The notes beneath the pieces are model-generated. The model was not told the DNA's origin and searched no databases. It saw only the letters and a program-made list of their open reading frames with translations. A stretch of 64,000 nt of DNA from a bacterium. GTDB lineage: Bacteria; Patescibacteriota; Patescibacteriia; JAGPKW01. The stretch covers positions 150,538 to 214,537 of the forward strand of contig JAJXYN010000009.1 in assembly GCA_021780535.1 (NCBI GenBank). Reading direction: 5' to 3'. Positions within the stretch are counted from its first letter, which is position 1; each line of letters opens with the position of its first letter. A program made the position numbers and the translations under genes. Shown piece by piece: positions 45,029-56,000 of the stretch.

Positions 45029-46615
45029 ATGATTTATGTTACTGGTATGTATAACGGACGGTATTTGTATGTAGATGAAGGTATAGGAAAAATTAGGCAC
45101 CTATGCATTAGTAGTAATCAATTAAGAGAATCTGATATTAAAATATTTTTTTCTTCTTATAATTTGTCAAATTTACTAATTGAATTTGGAAAAAGATCAA
45201 TAAAAATATTTTTTTCTAATGAAAATGTAGGTGTTGTAAAAATAGAAAATATAGATGTCCATATAGGGCAATTTCAATTAATATATCTTTCTATGGTTTC
45301 TATATTATCTACAAATTGGTATAAAAAAGAAGAATTAAAATATCCAGAAAGTGCAATAAATTACTTATCATGGTTTTATGGAACATATCTCTTAGATGAT
45401 ATTGAATTGGTAAAGGAAAATTATGAAAAATATTTTTTGAAAATGTACTGTACACAAATATTAGAATCACAATTTGATTCTCATATTGAATTGAGTAGAA
45501 ATATTTTTATGTTTTTTAAATTATTACCAGAATTAATGGTTAAGTATAAAAAATTAGAAACATTTTTTAATAGAATTTTAGATTTAATGAATAATGAATT
45601 TGGAATAAAAAATATTGGCGATTATTTTGCTTTGATAAATATAGAAATAAATAAAATAAAAGAAACAGGTAGTCCTTTAATAAAATTAAATAACAGTAGT
45701 CCGTTGTATATAAATACAAAAAAAATAATAGATTTTTATTCAATAGATTATAGAAAGTTTAGGACTATACATGATAATCAAAATATAGATATTAAAGAAC
45801 ATCAAGTTAGATACTCATATAATCCTTTATGGAGATATCCAATTATAAGGAAAGATGATGAATTTGATGCTTATATTATTCCTAATATATCTATTTTATT
45901 TAAGAAAACAATTGATTTTTATTGGTCTTTTGGGTTTTTATATGAAAAATATGGATATAATATACCAAAATTTAGAGAAAAATATGGGTATATTTTTGAA
46001 GAATACGTTGGTTGTGTTTTAGAAAAAATATATGATAGCAGAACTTATGCCGGTGATTTATATGGCCCAAATAATCACCAAGAACTTTCTGATTATATAT
46101 TAGAAGAAGTTGATAAATTTTATTTTTTTGACGCTAAAGCTGATGTTTTAGATCTTAATGCAATAAAACATGGGGAAACCGAAAAGGTTTGCAATAAACT
46201 TTTTGAACATATCAGACAAAGATTTGATAGGTTGATGGATATAAAATATTTTCATGAACTAAAAAAATATAGAAGTAAAGAAATTTTTAATATAATAGTA
46301 TTAAAAGAAATACCATTTATAGAACATGCTGGGTTTTATGCAACCGAATTAAATAAAAAAATAGAATCTCTAGCTAATACAAATATTAAATATAAGGATA
46401 TAAAAAAGATGAAGTATTTTTTTATAAATATATCAGATCTAGAGCATTTTTATTTGCTTAAAGATAAATACAAAATAGAAGAAGCTATAGGAATTGTTTA
46501 TAACAATAATGGCATAGGGTTTAAAAGCCTTATAGACCCGAAAGATTATGAAAAAAATGGTTTTATCTTTGATGATGAAGTAGAAAAAATATTAAAAGGA
46601 ATTATAAAAAAGTAG
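45029..46615 (+). CDS. Hypothetical protein with a C-terminal PD-(D/E)XK/NERD-like motif
   Basis: GYIFEEYV...ELSDYILE...FFDAK. Confidence 0.55.
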   Translation: MIYVTGMYNGRYLYVDEGIGKIRHLCISSNQLRESDIKIFFSSYNLSNLLIEFGKRSIKIFFSNENVGVVKIENIDVHIGQFQLIYLSMVSILSTNWYKKEELKYPESAINYLSWFYGTYLLDDIELVKENYEKYFLKMYCTQILESQFDSHIELSRNIFMFFKLLPELMVKYKKLETFFNRILDLMNNEFGIKNIGDYFALINIEINKIKETGSPLIKLNNSSPLYINTKKIIDFYSIDYRKFRTIHDNQNIDIKEHQVRYSYNPLWRYPIIRKDDEFDAYIIPNISILFKKTIDFYWSFGFLYEKYGYNIPKFREKYGYIFEEYVGCVLEKIYDSRTYAGDLYGPNNHQELSDYILEEVDKFYFFDAKADVLDLNAIKHGETEKVCNKLFEHIRQRFDRLMDIKYFHELKKYRSKEIFNIIVLKEIPFIEHAGFYATELNKKIESLANTNIKYKDIKKMKYFFINISDLEHFYLLKDKYKIEEAIGIVYNNNGIGFKSLIDPKDYEKNGFIFDDEVEKILKGIIKK

Positions 46616-46679
46616 ATAAACAGTAGATAAAACACTTTACTTTAGGGCTATTATAAGCTAATATACTAATACAATTCAA

Positions 46680-46878
46680 TTTGCCTAAACTAATGTTTAT
46701 AACATTGGCATGGCATAAAATTCGTTGAAAGATAAAATTGGTCTCATGACCAGTATTTTTGCTTTCAACGTCTACACCCGAAAGGATGTAGGGTTACCCT
46801 CGAAAGAGATGTAACCATAAATGCTGTGTCGTGGGGCCTTTTTGTTTCTATAACACATCAAAAAACGTTGAAAGCTAA
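46680..46878 (+). ncRNA. Structured leader or small RNA upstream of the zinc-ribbon gene
   Basis: Two GAAA-tetraloop hairpins; ctttcaacg can pair with either of two cgttgaaag copies. Confidence 0.45.
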
Positions 46879-46895
46879 CTAATAACTAACTTAAA

Positions 46896-47393
46896 ATGGA
46901 ACAACAAACTCCAAAAACCAAGATTTGCTATAAATGCAAAGAAGAAATAAATTATGGCGCTACTAAGTGTCCCAAGTGTCAAAGTGACTTAAGATCTTGG
47001 TTTGCAAAACATAAGATAATAACAATAATATTAGGATTTATTCTTTTTGTTTCTATTATAACTGCAATAAGTAATGAAACTTCTAATACAAATCAAATGA
47101 ATTCAAGTAATAGTTCAACTCAAGATATAGATAAAAAGTTTAATTATAAAGCAAGAGCTTGTGCTAAGAATTATATAAAAACAAAATTAAATTCTAATAA
47201 TGATCCAAAATTTCCTGGTTCATATGGCATTGCTCAATATCTAGGAAATATGACTTTTAAAGTTGATTCTTCTGTTGATGTAAAGAATGCTTTTGGAGTT
47301 TATATAACAAGCAATTATAGCTGTAATGTTATTGTTGGAGATAAGGAAAATGATTTCTTTGACTGTGTTTCAGAATGCAAAACTCTAGATTAA
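46896..47393 (+). CDS. Zinc-ribbon membrane protein
   Basis: CYKC...KCPKCQ, then a TM helix and an extracytoplasmic domain (V..KNAFG). Confidence 0.75.
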   Translation: MEQQTPKTKICYKCKEEINYGATKCPKCQSDLRSWFAKHKIITIILGFILFVSIITAISNETSNTNQMNSSNSSTQDIDKKFNYKARACAKNYIKTKLNSNNDPKFPGSYGIAQYLGNMTFKVDSSVDVKNAFGVYITSNYSCNVIVGDKENDFFDCVSECKTLD

Positions 47394-47405
47394 TTTCTAG
47401 AGTTT

Positions 47406-48830
47406 TTATATTACTCTTATTTTCAATTTATCTTTCTTAATTCCATGTATTATTCCCATAGAAAAAGCATCAACCAAATCATCATGATTTTTCTCTATAC
47501 CAAAATTTAATAATTGTTTTATTAATTCTTCAACTCCTTCGTTTGGAAAGAATATTAAACCTCTTTGAACATATATTGAAGCCATGTTTAATCTTGTAGT
47601 TTTATCTTTTCCATTTGGATTAAACTCTTCTGAAGAATATCCATCTTTTGAAAGCATTTGTATTAATGAAGCTTGATAGCCAATGGATTCTATTAATATT
47701 TTAGTTCTACCAGTTTCTATTAAATTATCATAAATATTCTTTGCATATTCTATAACTCTTGGTGATTGTAGTCTTTTATTTACAACATTAGGAAGAATAT
47801 ATAATTCATTTTGTTCTGTTTTAATGTTCTTATATATTGCAAAAGAAACCATTGCTGTATAGTCTGCTTTTTCATGTTCCTTAAGGGCTGGGTCTATAGA
47901 TATTATATTCATAATGAATTTATAGTCAGGATTATTACTTGGCAATTCTTTATAGTATTTAATCCAATCTTTTTTAAATATTTGGTAATCATCTGGTAAT
48001 ATCGTAAGCATATATTCTCTTTGAAAAGATATTTCATTACCAATACTTTTTCTTAAGTCTTCAACTTCTTCTTGTGATGAAAACTTCTCTTTCCATAATA
48101 TTTCTTCATCTTTAACCAATGGATATTCTTTATATATCCCATTAATCTCTTTATTTCTTATTTTATTTTTCATTCTCATAATAAGAGAGTCTTCATGAAG
48201 TAAATTACCAACTAATATTATTTTAGTATCTTTATCTCCAAGAGGTACTATTTCAGATGTAAACCAAGTTTCAAGCTTGTTTCTGCTTTCAATACTCCTT
48301 ACACTTTCTAAATCTTCTATATCATCACAGATAATTAAATCTGGTCTCGTTTCTTTATATCTAATACCTCTAATACTTGTTTCAAAAGATGCACATTTTA
48401 TTGTTGCATCTATTTTTTTAAAATGAATTGATTTCTGATTTATTACTATATTTCTATCAATTAAATTAAAATCATTTCTTAATAATTCATTATTCTCAAT
48501 TTCTGATATTATGTTTTGAAAATGTATTTTAGCTTGATCTTGAGTTTTAGAAATTATCAAAACAAACTTCTTTTTATTCTTTCCAAGCACAGACCATAAA
48601 GCATAAGATAATGTTATTATTGTACTCTTAGCTGATCCACGGAAAGCTGTTAGCACAGAAAACTTATTCTTATCATTATTTATCACTTCAAATATTTCTT
48701 GTTGAAATTCTGCTAGTTTATATTTAACATAATTTCTTAAGTATATGAAAAAGAAATACATATTATCTTCGTATGCAATATTTTTTCTTAGTATCTTATT
48801 TTCAATTATTTCATTCAACAATTTGTTCAT
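47406..48830 (-). CDS. Phage terminase large subunit
   Basis: Walker A AFRGSAKS, Walker B RPDLIICDDIE, FQREY, RNase H-like IDPA...DYTA...HDDLVDA. Confidence 0.9.
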   Translation of the reverse strand: MNKLLNEIIENKILRKNIAYEDNMYFFFIYLRNYVKYKLAEFQQEIFEVINNDKNKFSVLTAFRGSAKSTIITLSYALWSVLGKNKKKFVLIISKTQDQAKIHFQNIISEIENNELLRNDFNLIDRNIVINQKSIHFKKIDATIKCASFETSIRGIRYKETRPDLIICDDIEDLESVRSIESRNKLETWFTSEIVPLGDKDTKIILVGNLLHEDSLIMRMKNKIRNKEINGIYKEYPLVKDEEILWKEKFSSQEEVEDLRKSIGNEISFQREYMLTILPDDYQIFKKDWIKYYKELPSNNPDYKFIMNIISIDPALKEHEKADYTAMVSFAIYKNIKTEQNELYILPNVVNKRLQSPRVIEYAKNIYDNLIETGRTKILIESIGYQASLIQMLSKDGYSSEEFNPNGKDKTTRLNMASIYVQRGLIFFPNEGVEELIKQLLNFGIEKNHDDLVDAFSMGIIHGIKKDKLKIRVI

Positions 48831-49218
48831 CTTCTTTTTTATATAATGGTGATTTTTGAAGTGCTGAAATGATTCTCATCTTGTCGTCATTAGAAAGTTT
48901 TGATTCTATTACAGCATCAATAAGTTTTGATTTATTTCTATATCTATCATGATTATGAGTTAACCAAAATTTAACGGATTCTATTTTTCCATCTTTAACA
49001 TTCTTAATTAATGCATTTTCAGCAACATCATTTATAGTTTCTATTCCTACATGTATTTTTTCATCGACCTTTGTTTTAAATTTTGGATCTTTTTTAAACC
49101 ATTCATAAATGGTAGATCTTGGAATATTTAATTTAACACAAACACTCTGCACTATAGGATATTCTTCTATAAGCTCTAAAAACTTTTTCTTAAGTTGTGT
49201 CTGTATTTTTCTATCCAT
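48811..49218 (-). CDS. HTH protein, probable terminase small subunit
   Basis: VCVKLNIPRSTIYEWFKKDPKF HTH; AENAL...KFWL; overlaps the terL start. Confidence 0.7.
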   Translation of the reverse strand: MDRKIQTQLKKKFLELIEEYPIVQSVCVKLNIPRSTIYEWFKKDPKFKTKVDEKIHVGIETINDVAENALIKNVKDGKIESVKFWLTHNHDRYRNKSKLIDAVIESKLSNDDKMRIISALQKSPLYKKEDEQIVE

Positions 49219-49954
49219 TTTTTATTAAAACAGCATCAATGCCTGTTAATTTTTTATATCTTTTTATAATTGTATCTACATGTTTTTCTTCTATTTCTAT
49301 TGCGTAACATTTTCTTCCTGTATGTTCTGAAGCTATTATTAAACTTCCACTTCCTGCAAAACCGTCAAAAACAATATCATTAATATTTGTGTTATTAAGA
49401 ATTAATCTTCTAAGTAATGAGATTGGTTTCATTGTGGAATGTAATTTACTTTTCTGAGGTCTAGGACAAAATATTATACTTTTATCTTTTGATTTAACAA
49501 ACTTATGTTTCTTATACCATCCATAAGCCATAAGCTCATGCTGAGGTAAATAGTCTAGTCTACCAATTACAGCAGAGTTTTTAATCCATATTAAAAGTTG
49601 TGAGAATTTTATATTACATTTATCCATTGCTTTCTTAAGTGAGAATATCATTTTATCTGTATTAAAAATGTATATTGAATTTTTCTCATTCAAATATGGT
49701 TTTATATTTTCCATCCAATCAATCATGAATTTTTCATAATCATCTTCATTACTTATATTGTCATTTTGGATTTCAATATCACAAGATAATTTTGCAAATC
49801 CTTTCTTATTTTCTACATATGAAATTCCGTAAGGCACGTCTGAAATGATTGAGTCTATCTTACTTTCACCAATTAAATCTTTTAGTAATTTTTCATCACG
49901 ACAGTCACCCATAGCAAGTTTATGTTCTCCAAGTTGATATATTTTATAGCTCAT
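49211..49954 (-). CDS. N6/N4 DNA methyltransferase (beta-class motif order)
   Basis: SDVPYG, H.TMKP, FDGFAGSGS. Confidence 0.88.
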   Translation of the reverse strand: MSYKIYQLGEHKLAMGDCRDEKLLKDLIGESKIDSIISDVPYGISYVENKKGFAKLSCDIEIQNDNISNEDDYEKFMIDWMENIKPYLNEKNSIYIFNTDKMIFSLKKAMDKCNIKFSQLLIWIKNSAVIGRLDYLPQHELMAYGWYKKHKFVKSKDKSIIFCPRPQKSKLHSTMKPISLLRRLILNNTNINDIVFDGFAGSGSLIIASEHTGRKCYAIEIEEKHVDTIIKRYKKLTGIDAVLIKNG

Positions 49955-49963
49955 ATTGTTTTA

Positions 49964-51241
49964 TTATTTATTTAGTTTAATAGCTTTCTTACCAGTAAGT
50001 TCTTCAAATCTATCTAAAATCACCTGACAAAATATTGGATCTTTTTCTATTCCAATAAACTTTCTTTTAAGTCCCAAGCAAGCAACAGCAAGAGAACCAG
50101 ATCCGGTACAAGCATCAAAAATTAAGTCATTTATTTTAGAACACCTTCTAAGTGATTTCTCATAAAGCGTAACTGGCTTTTGAGTTGGATGAAGATATTT
50201 TATCCCAGCAATTCTTGGCACTAACCATATATCAAGCAAATCCAAAATATCATCTGATAATCTATTTCCAGAAGATATTTCTTTATTCATGATTTCGTTT
50301 AGATTTTTTATGCTTTCATTAAGATATGGTTTACCAATAGTTCCGTATACACAAGGTTCATAACATTTATTCATTGCAACTTTTGGAGTTGGATTTGCAG
50401 AGTTCTTTATCCATATTGCAGTTCTTTTTGTAGATATATTTAATTCTCTATAAACCTCTTGGATTAGTCCTGTATAATTTTGATCACAAAATGAAAAGAA
50501 ATGGGAATCTTTTTTTGTGTAATTCTTTGAATTTTCTATTATAGTCTTTACAAATTTTTTATAATTATTATAACTCTTATTATCATCAACATTGCCACCA
50601 TACTTATTATTTTTACCAAGTCCTTTGCTATAGTCATATTTAATATTGTAAGGAAAATCTGTAAAGAAAATATCAATCTTTTCTTCATTAAAGATTTTCT
50701 TATATGTATCAATTTCAAGAGAATCACCACATATTATTTTTATATTTTCAGCAAGCAAAAAAACATCACCAGTTTTTATATCTGTTGTTTTTACTTTTTC
50801 TAAATGTTTTGTAACATCAAACTCGTCTTCTTCTAATTCTAAAACATCATCAAAGACACTTGATAAATCTGTATCACTAAAACCAATATTTAATAATAAG
50901 TCAGAATCATAATCTTTAAGAAGATTAAAATCCCAATCTCCGTTATTTATATTTAATCTTAAATTTAATTCCTTTTCTTTTTCTAAATTTAAGTTAAGAA
51001 ATATTACAGGAATCTTTTTATATCCAAGTTCTTTTAAAGCTTCAAATCTTTGATTGCCACCGATTATAATATTCAATCTATCAGTATTTGAATTTACTAA
51101 TAGAGGCTGGACAATATCAAACTTAGTTATGCTTTCTTTTAATTGTTCGAAAGCAATGGGGGTGATGTACCTTGGATTGTACTCACAAGTTTTTAAAGAA
51201 GTTATATCAACTTCTACGATGTTTAAATTTTCTTTTTTCAT
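49964..51241 (-). CDS. ParB-N domain fused to an N6/N4 DNA methyltransferase
   Basis: YNPR...IIGGNQR ParB-like domain; TDFPYN, HPTQKP, DACTGSGS. Confidence 0.88.
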   Translation of the reverse strand: MKKENLNIVEVDITSLKTCEYNPRYITPIAFEQLKESITKFDIVQPLLVNSNTDRLNIIIGGNQRFEALKELGYKKIPVIFLNLNLEKEKELNLRLNINNGDWDFNLLKDYDSDLLLNIGFSDTDLSSVFDDVLELEEDEFDVTKHLEKVKTTDIKTGDVFLLAENIKIICGDSLEIDTYKKIFNEEKIDIFFTDFPYNIKYDYSKGLGKNNKYGGNVDDNKSYNNYKKFVKTIIENSKNYTKKDSHFFSFCDQNYTGLIQEVYRELNISTKRTAIWIKNSANPTPKVAMNKCYEPCVYGTIGKPYLNESIKNLNEIMNKEISSGNRLSDDILDLLDIWLVPRIAGIKYLHPTQKPVTLYEKSLRRCSKINDLIFDACTGSGSLAVACLGLKRKFIGIEKDPIFCQVILDRFEELTGKKAIKLNK

Positions 51242-51408
51242 GTTAATTAATTATTTTTTAGGTAACAAAAAATACACGGCAAAACAATATAACTTTAAAG
51301 GCAAAGTCATATTATTATGTCGTGTAGTTTTTACTTACATTACAATACTAATAAAAAAATAAAATATTAGCAATATGTAGACTGTGGAAAACTTTGCTAA
51401 AATAGGCC

Positions 51409-51432
51409 AAAAGTTTACATATGTAAACTTTT
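51409..51432. promoter_or_regulatory. Perfect 24-bp palindrome in the divergent intergenic region
   Basis: aaaagtttacatatgtaaactttt. Confidence 0.6.
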
Positions 51433-51653
51433 AAAATAAAGTAATGCCACATTGGCTTTTCAGTTCTTTTGTTGCATTTAAAAAGCGTCTATTTTTTTAA
51501 TATTTTTTTGTAAATCAACATTTAAGATTTAAAAATTCATTATTTCTTCATTTTAGGCCAGTATAATTGAATAATTCACCTAAAGGTGTATAGTTTTATT
51601 ATAAGTAAAATTTATATTTAGCTTGTCATATAAAATCACTAACCTTATTTTAT

Positions 51654-52586
51654 ATGCAAAATTTATTAGTATTTCATAATGACTTTATAAGAGAAAAAAG
51701 ATTGGCAAAGAAGTCTGAAGCTACTATCACTTCCTATAAAGAAAGTTTCAAATTGTTCTATAATTTTCTTAAATATAAAAAATTGGAAGAAATCAACAAG
51801 TCAAAAGTTGTAGAATTTCTTGAATATTTAAACACACGAAAAAGAATTATTGGTAGAGGCTATGAAGTAACCGGTGTTTCTGCAAATACAATTATTACTT
51901 ATAAAAATAGGTTGTCTCCATTCTTTGTTTGGCTAAAACAAAATCGTTATATTAAGATAAACCCGTTTGATAATATTGAACTACCAAGAATAGAAAAAGA
52001 TAGAAGAGAAAAGATTTTACATAAAGAACAAGTACAAAGAATATTTAATGCTATAAGCTATAACATCAAATGGAGGGATAATTTTTTAAAGAAAAGAAAT
52101 GAAACCATATTTTCGGTTTTATTTTATACAGGATTAAGAAAGGGTGAACTTCTTGGGTTAAAAGTTTCTGACATTGATTTGAATAATAAGATTATAAATA
52201 TTAACGCTTCAACTAGTAAATCAAGAAGAACTAGAAGAATATCAATGAATGATAATCTTTATTTAATACTAGAAGATTATTTAAATAGCAGGAAGAAATA
52301 CAATAATCCATATCTATTTATATCTAGTAAGGATAAAGTTTTAACTAAAAATGGATTGAAACATTTAGTTAATAAAATAGAAAATGTCATTAAATTCAAA
52401 TTTTATTTACATCAATTTAGACATACCTTTGCCGTAAATACTTTGAATAATATTGGTGATGTTTATACCGTTCAAAGTCTGTTAGGACATCAAAAAATAA
52501 CAACAACTGCAATTTATTTATCCTACATTCCTGAAGAGAAAAAAAGGATTGCAGTTAATTCTTTAAACCTTGATGATTTAGTTTAG
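51654..52586 (+). CDS. Tyrosine recombinase/integrase (Xer-like)
   Basis: TGLRKGEL, SKS, HQFRHTFA, LLGH, TAIY catalytic set. Confidence 0.93.
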   Translation: MQNLLVFHNDFIREKRLAKKSEATITSYKESFKLFYNFLKYKKLEEINKSKVVEFLEYLNTRKRIIGRGYEVTGVSANTIITYKNRLSPFFVWLKQNRYIKINPFDNIELPRIEKDRREKILHKEQVQRIFNAISYNIKWRDNFLKKRNETIFSVLFYTGLRKGELLGLKVSDIDLNNKIININASTSKSRRTRRISMNDNLYLILEDYLNSRKKYNNPYLFISSKDKVLTKNGLKHLVNKIENVIKFKFYLHQFRHTFAVNTLNNIGDVYTVQSLLGHQKITTTAIYLSYIPEEKKRIAVNSLNLDDLV

Positions 52587-52602
52587 TTAATAATAAAAAA
52601 AT

Positions 52603-53043
52603 ATGAAAAATAAAATTTTAGTTACAATAATATCTATAATTATATTTATAACATTTGCTTTGTTATATATTTACAATAAGGAGCATATTTTAAAAATAAT
52701 CATAATAATTATATTCTCTTTTACTATATTATTTTTATATTTAAAATTATATTATATAGAAATTAATAGAATTAATAATAATTATAATTTCAGCAAAGAA
52801 GAGCTGGAAAGAAAGTATATTAAAAAGATTGATGATACAAAAAAAGATTTAGAATTAAGAGGAATGACTTTTAGTGGTGAAGCTGTTATTAAATTAGGCA
52901 AAGAAAGCGCATACTCAGATATTAGTGATGATGGAGAGATTTTAAAAGAGAAATTTTTTTATCTACAAAAATTAGAAAAAGATTACAATATTGATTTAAA
53001 AAAAGCCACTTACACCGCTTTATTAAATATATTTAAAAAATAA
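52603..53043 (+). CDS. Hypothetical protein with 2 TMs
   Basis: Two N-terminal hydrophobic helices and a charged helical C-terminus. Confidence 0.6.
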   Translation: MKNKILVTIISIIIFITFALLYIYNKEHILKIIIIIIFSFTILFLYLKLYYIEINRINNNYNFSKEELERKYIKKIDDTKKDLELRGMTFSGEAVIKLGKESAYSDISDDGEILKEKFFYLQKLEKDYNIDLKKATYTALLNIFKK

Positions 53044-53053
53044 CCTGAAAAAA

Positions 53054-56000
53054 ATGAAACTAATAGAATGGTCAAAAATAGATAATGACAAAACATTTCA
53101 AAAATTAGTAAATGATGTTTTTTCTCTAGAAATAAATCATCCAGGTTTTATATTTAGTAATCCTTATATAGGAAAAGATGGCGGATGGGATGGTATGTAT
53201 AAGGGCAAATATATGGAAATAGATGGCACATGGTCATTTCAATCAAAATATACTAAAAATAATGGCATCGAAGCTTGTAGATCTTTAAAGTCACAAATAA
53301 TAAAAGAATTAGAGAAATCTAAAACCAATAAGGTTGATAATTTAATATTATTAACAAATGCTGATTTAACTGTAGATCAAGTAAATGAATTAATATTATT
53401 AAATACTGGGTATGTAAAAAATTTTTTCATTTGGCCAAAAGAAAATCTTGATAGTAAAATTAAAGATTATCCTTGGATAAGACATAGATATTTTAATGAT
53501 GTACAACAACCAGCATTTGCCCCTTTTATAAATATAGATAACGATGATTATAATCATGTTGAAATAGAAACAAAAAGAGAACAAGAAGAAAAAATGTTTA
53601 GTGACTTTTTATTAGATGACAAAAAAATTCTTATAATTCATGCTAGTGGCGGATGTGGTAAAACATACTTCATAAATCAAATATTTAAAAAATACTCTAA
53701 TAATACTAATGAATATAATTTTTTATATTATATTCCAGGAATAAGAGATGTTGACGATGCTCTGAATGATGAATTAGATATAAGTAAAAATGTTATAATA
53801 TTTTTAGATGATTCCGAAAGATACATTGAAGATGTTACAAAAAAATTATTATCAAGGGTTAATTCATATTCTCCTGGAAAAATAAAAATAGTTCTAATAA
53901 CTAGGACATCTGGAAAATCTATAATAATTGATATTATAAATTCTTTAGGAATAGCAATTGATAAATATGAAGAAATAGAACTTCAGAAACTACCAAACGA
54001 TAGTTTAATTAAAATTTTGAATTTTTTTGCAAAAAAAAATGTTTCTAATTCCGAAGAAATCTTAAATGAAGTATCTAGTAATTTATTTTTATTAATATCT
54101 ATAGGTAAATTAATTTCAAAAAATAAAGGTAAAGTAAATGTTAAATCAATAAAAAATAAGATAAAGTATGATTTAGAAAAAGATGTTTGCGACTCATTAA
54201 AAATTTTTTCTTTAAGTGACCAAAAAATTAAAGAATTACTTTTTGAACTCGCTATACTTATACCATTTAACGATGATAATTTAGATATATTGGAAAAAAT
54301 ATCAAATAAATTATCTTTAAACCAGAGTGATATTAAAAAATATATACAAAAACTAAAAACAGATAAAATTCTTATTAACATAGGCTACTCTATAAGATTT
54401 TATTCTGATATGGTTGGGGATGTATACTTATCTGTAATTTTTGATTCTGACGATGGAACATTAATAAAAAATATTCTGAATAGTTGGTTTGAGGTATTTC
54501 CTGAAAAAATAATATCGAATATATCCTCTGCAGTGAAGCATTCAGATGGTGATTTCAATAAAGATCCAATAAGAAATACAATAAAAGAGATATCAATAAA
54601 TTCAACAAAATTAGACGATTTTAATAAAATAAATAAACTTAAGACATTCTCTCAAATAGCTTATATAATTCCAGATGAAATAATAGATTTAATTTATTGC
54701 TTTCTTCAAACGTCTGAAAAAATCACAACTGATGATTGTGGTCCAATTATAATTAATTTATTATATTTGCAAGAAGAATCTATTAGAAAAAAACTTATTG
54801 AATTAATTTTATTTGTATCCGATAAAAACATAGAGGGAAAATATCAGAATTATAAAATAGAAACTTTAGCAAAACGTTTTGTTTCACCTATTTATAATAC
54901 ATTAGAATGTGCAACTTCATCATTGAATTTAGTATCAAACATTTCAAAGAAACAAAACTTAACCAACTCGGAGATAAAAATTATAAAATATTCATTAGAA
55001 GAATCTTTATCATCTTCGCATGATTATGAAGAAAGTTATGGCATAAAAATGACCTTTTCTAAAAAAATTCTAAATTATAAAAATGAGGTTAAAGAAAAGA
55101 TTGACATATATAGAGATTTAGCCATGAATACATTACATGAATGTTTAAAAAATAATGATGATGATATAAAAAATGAGTTCATTGATTTAATTTCTGATAT
55201 CGGAAATGGAGAAACGTCAAAAAATTATAGCATATGGGATAGAATAATATTAGACAAAGAAAAAACAATTGATTTTATAGAGGAAATTTTAAAAACCCCC
55301 ACAAATAATAAAATAATTGCATCATTAGAAGATATATTAATAAGAGAATGGTCTAATAATAATATTTATAAAGATGGTACTAATAACAAAATATCAAAAA
55401 TATTAATAAATTTTCCAAGAAACCCAGAATATATTATTTTCAAAAATTTTATATCTAAAGATATAATAATTTATGATTTTAAAAACATAGAAGAAATAGC
55501 GCCAGACAAGGATAGATGGTCGTGGATTATTGATAACTATTTTAGAAATGAGGATATAAAAATGGATGAATTTGAAAAAACTGTGGAGGAGATATCTAAA
55601 AAATACAACAAGAAAGAGGATATAATAAGTTATTTAATTTCTTTATATAAAGATGTTAAAGACAATCTAACGTGGCAATATATACCATTGATAGAAACTT
55701 GGTCAAAATATAATAAATCTGTTTTTATAGAAATAATAAACGATGAAACTTTATTAAATAAATTACCTATCATATTTAATTTGGGTATATATATAGTAGC
55801 CGCTGATGACGATGAAAAATATATCACATCATTAGCAAATAAAATTTTAAATGATGATATTAAAAATATAAATATTCAATATTTATACAATTTATTAAAT
55901 TTAATAGATAGACATAAAATTAGTAATAAAATTTTTATCCCATGGATTTTAGAGATTATAAAAAACTCAAATCTATCAGCTCAGAGTGGAATATTACATA

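Noticed and set aside
43610-52586. Complete prophage
   Set aside because: No recognisable portal, capsid, tail, lysis or replication genes within the element ends
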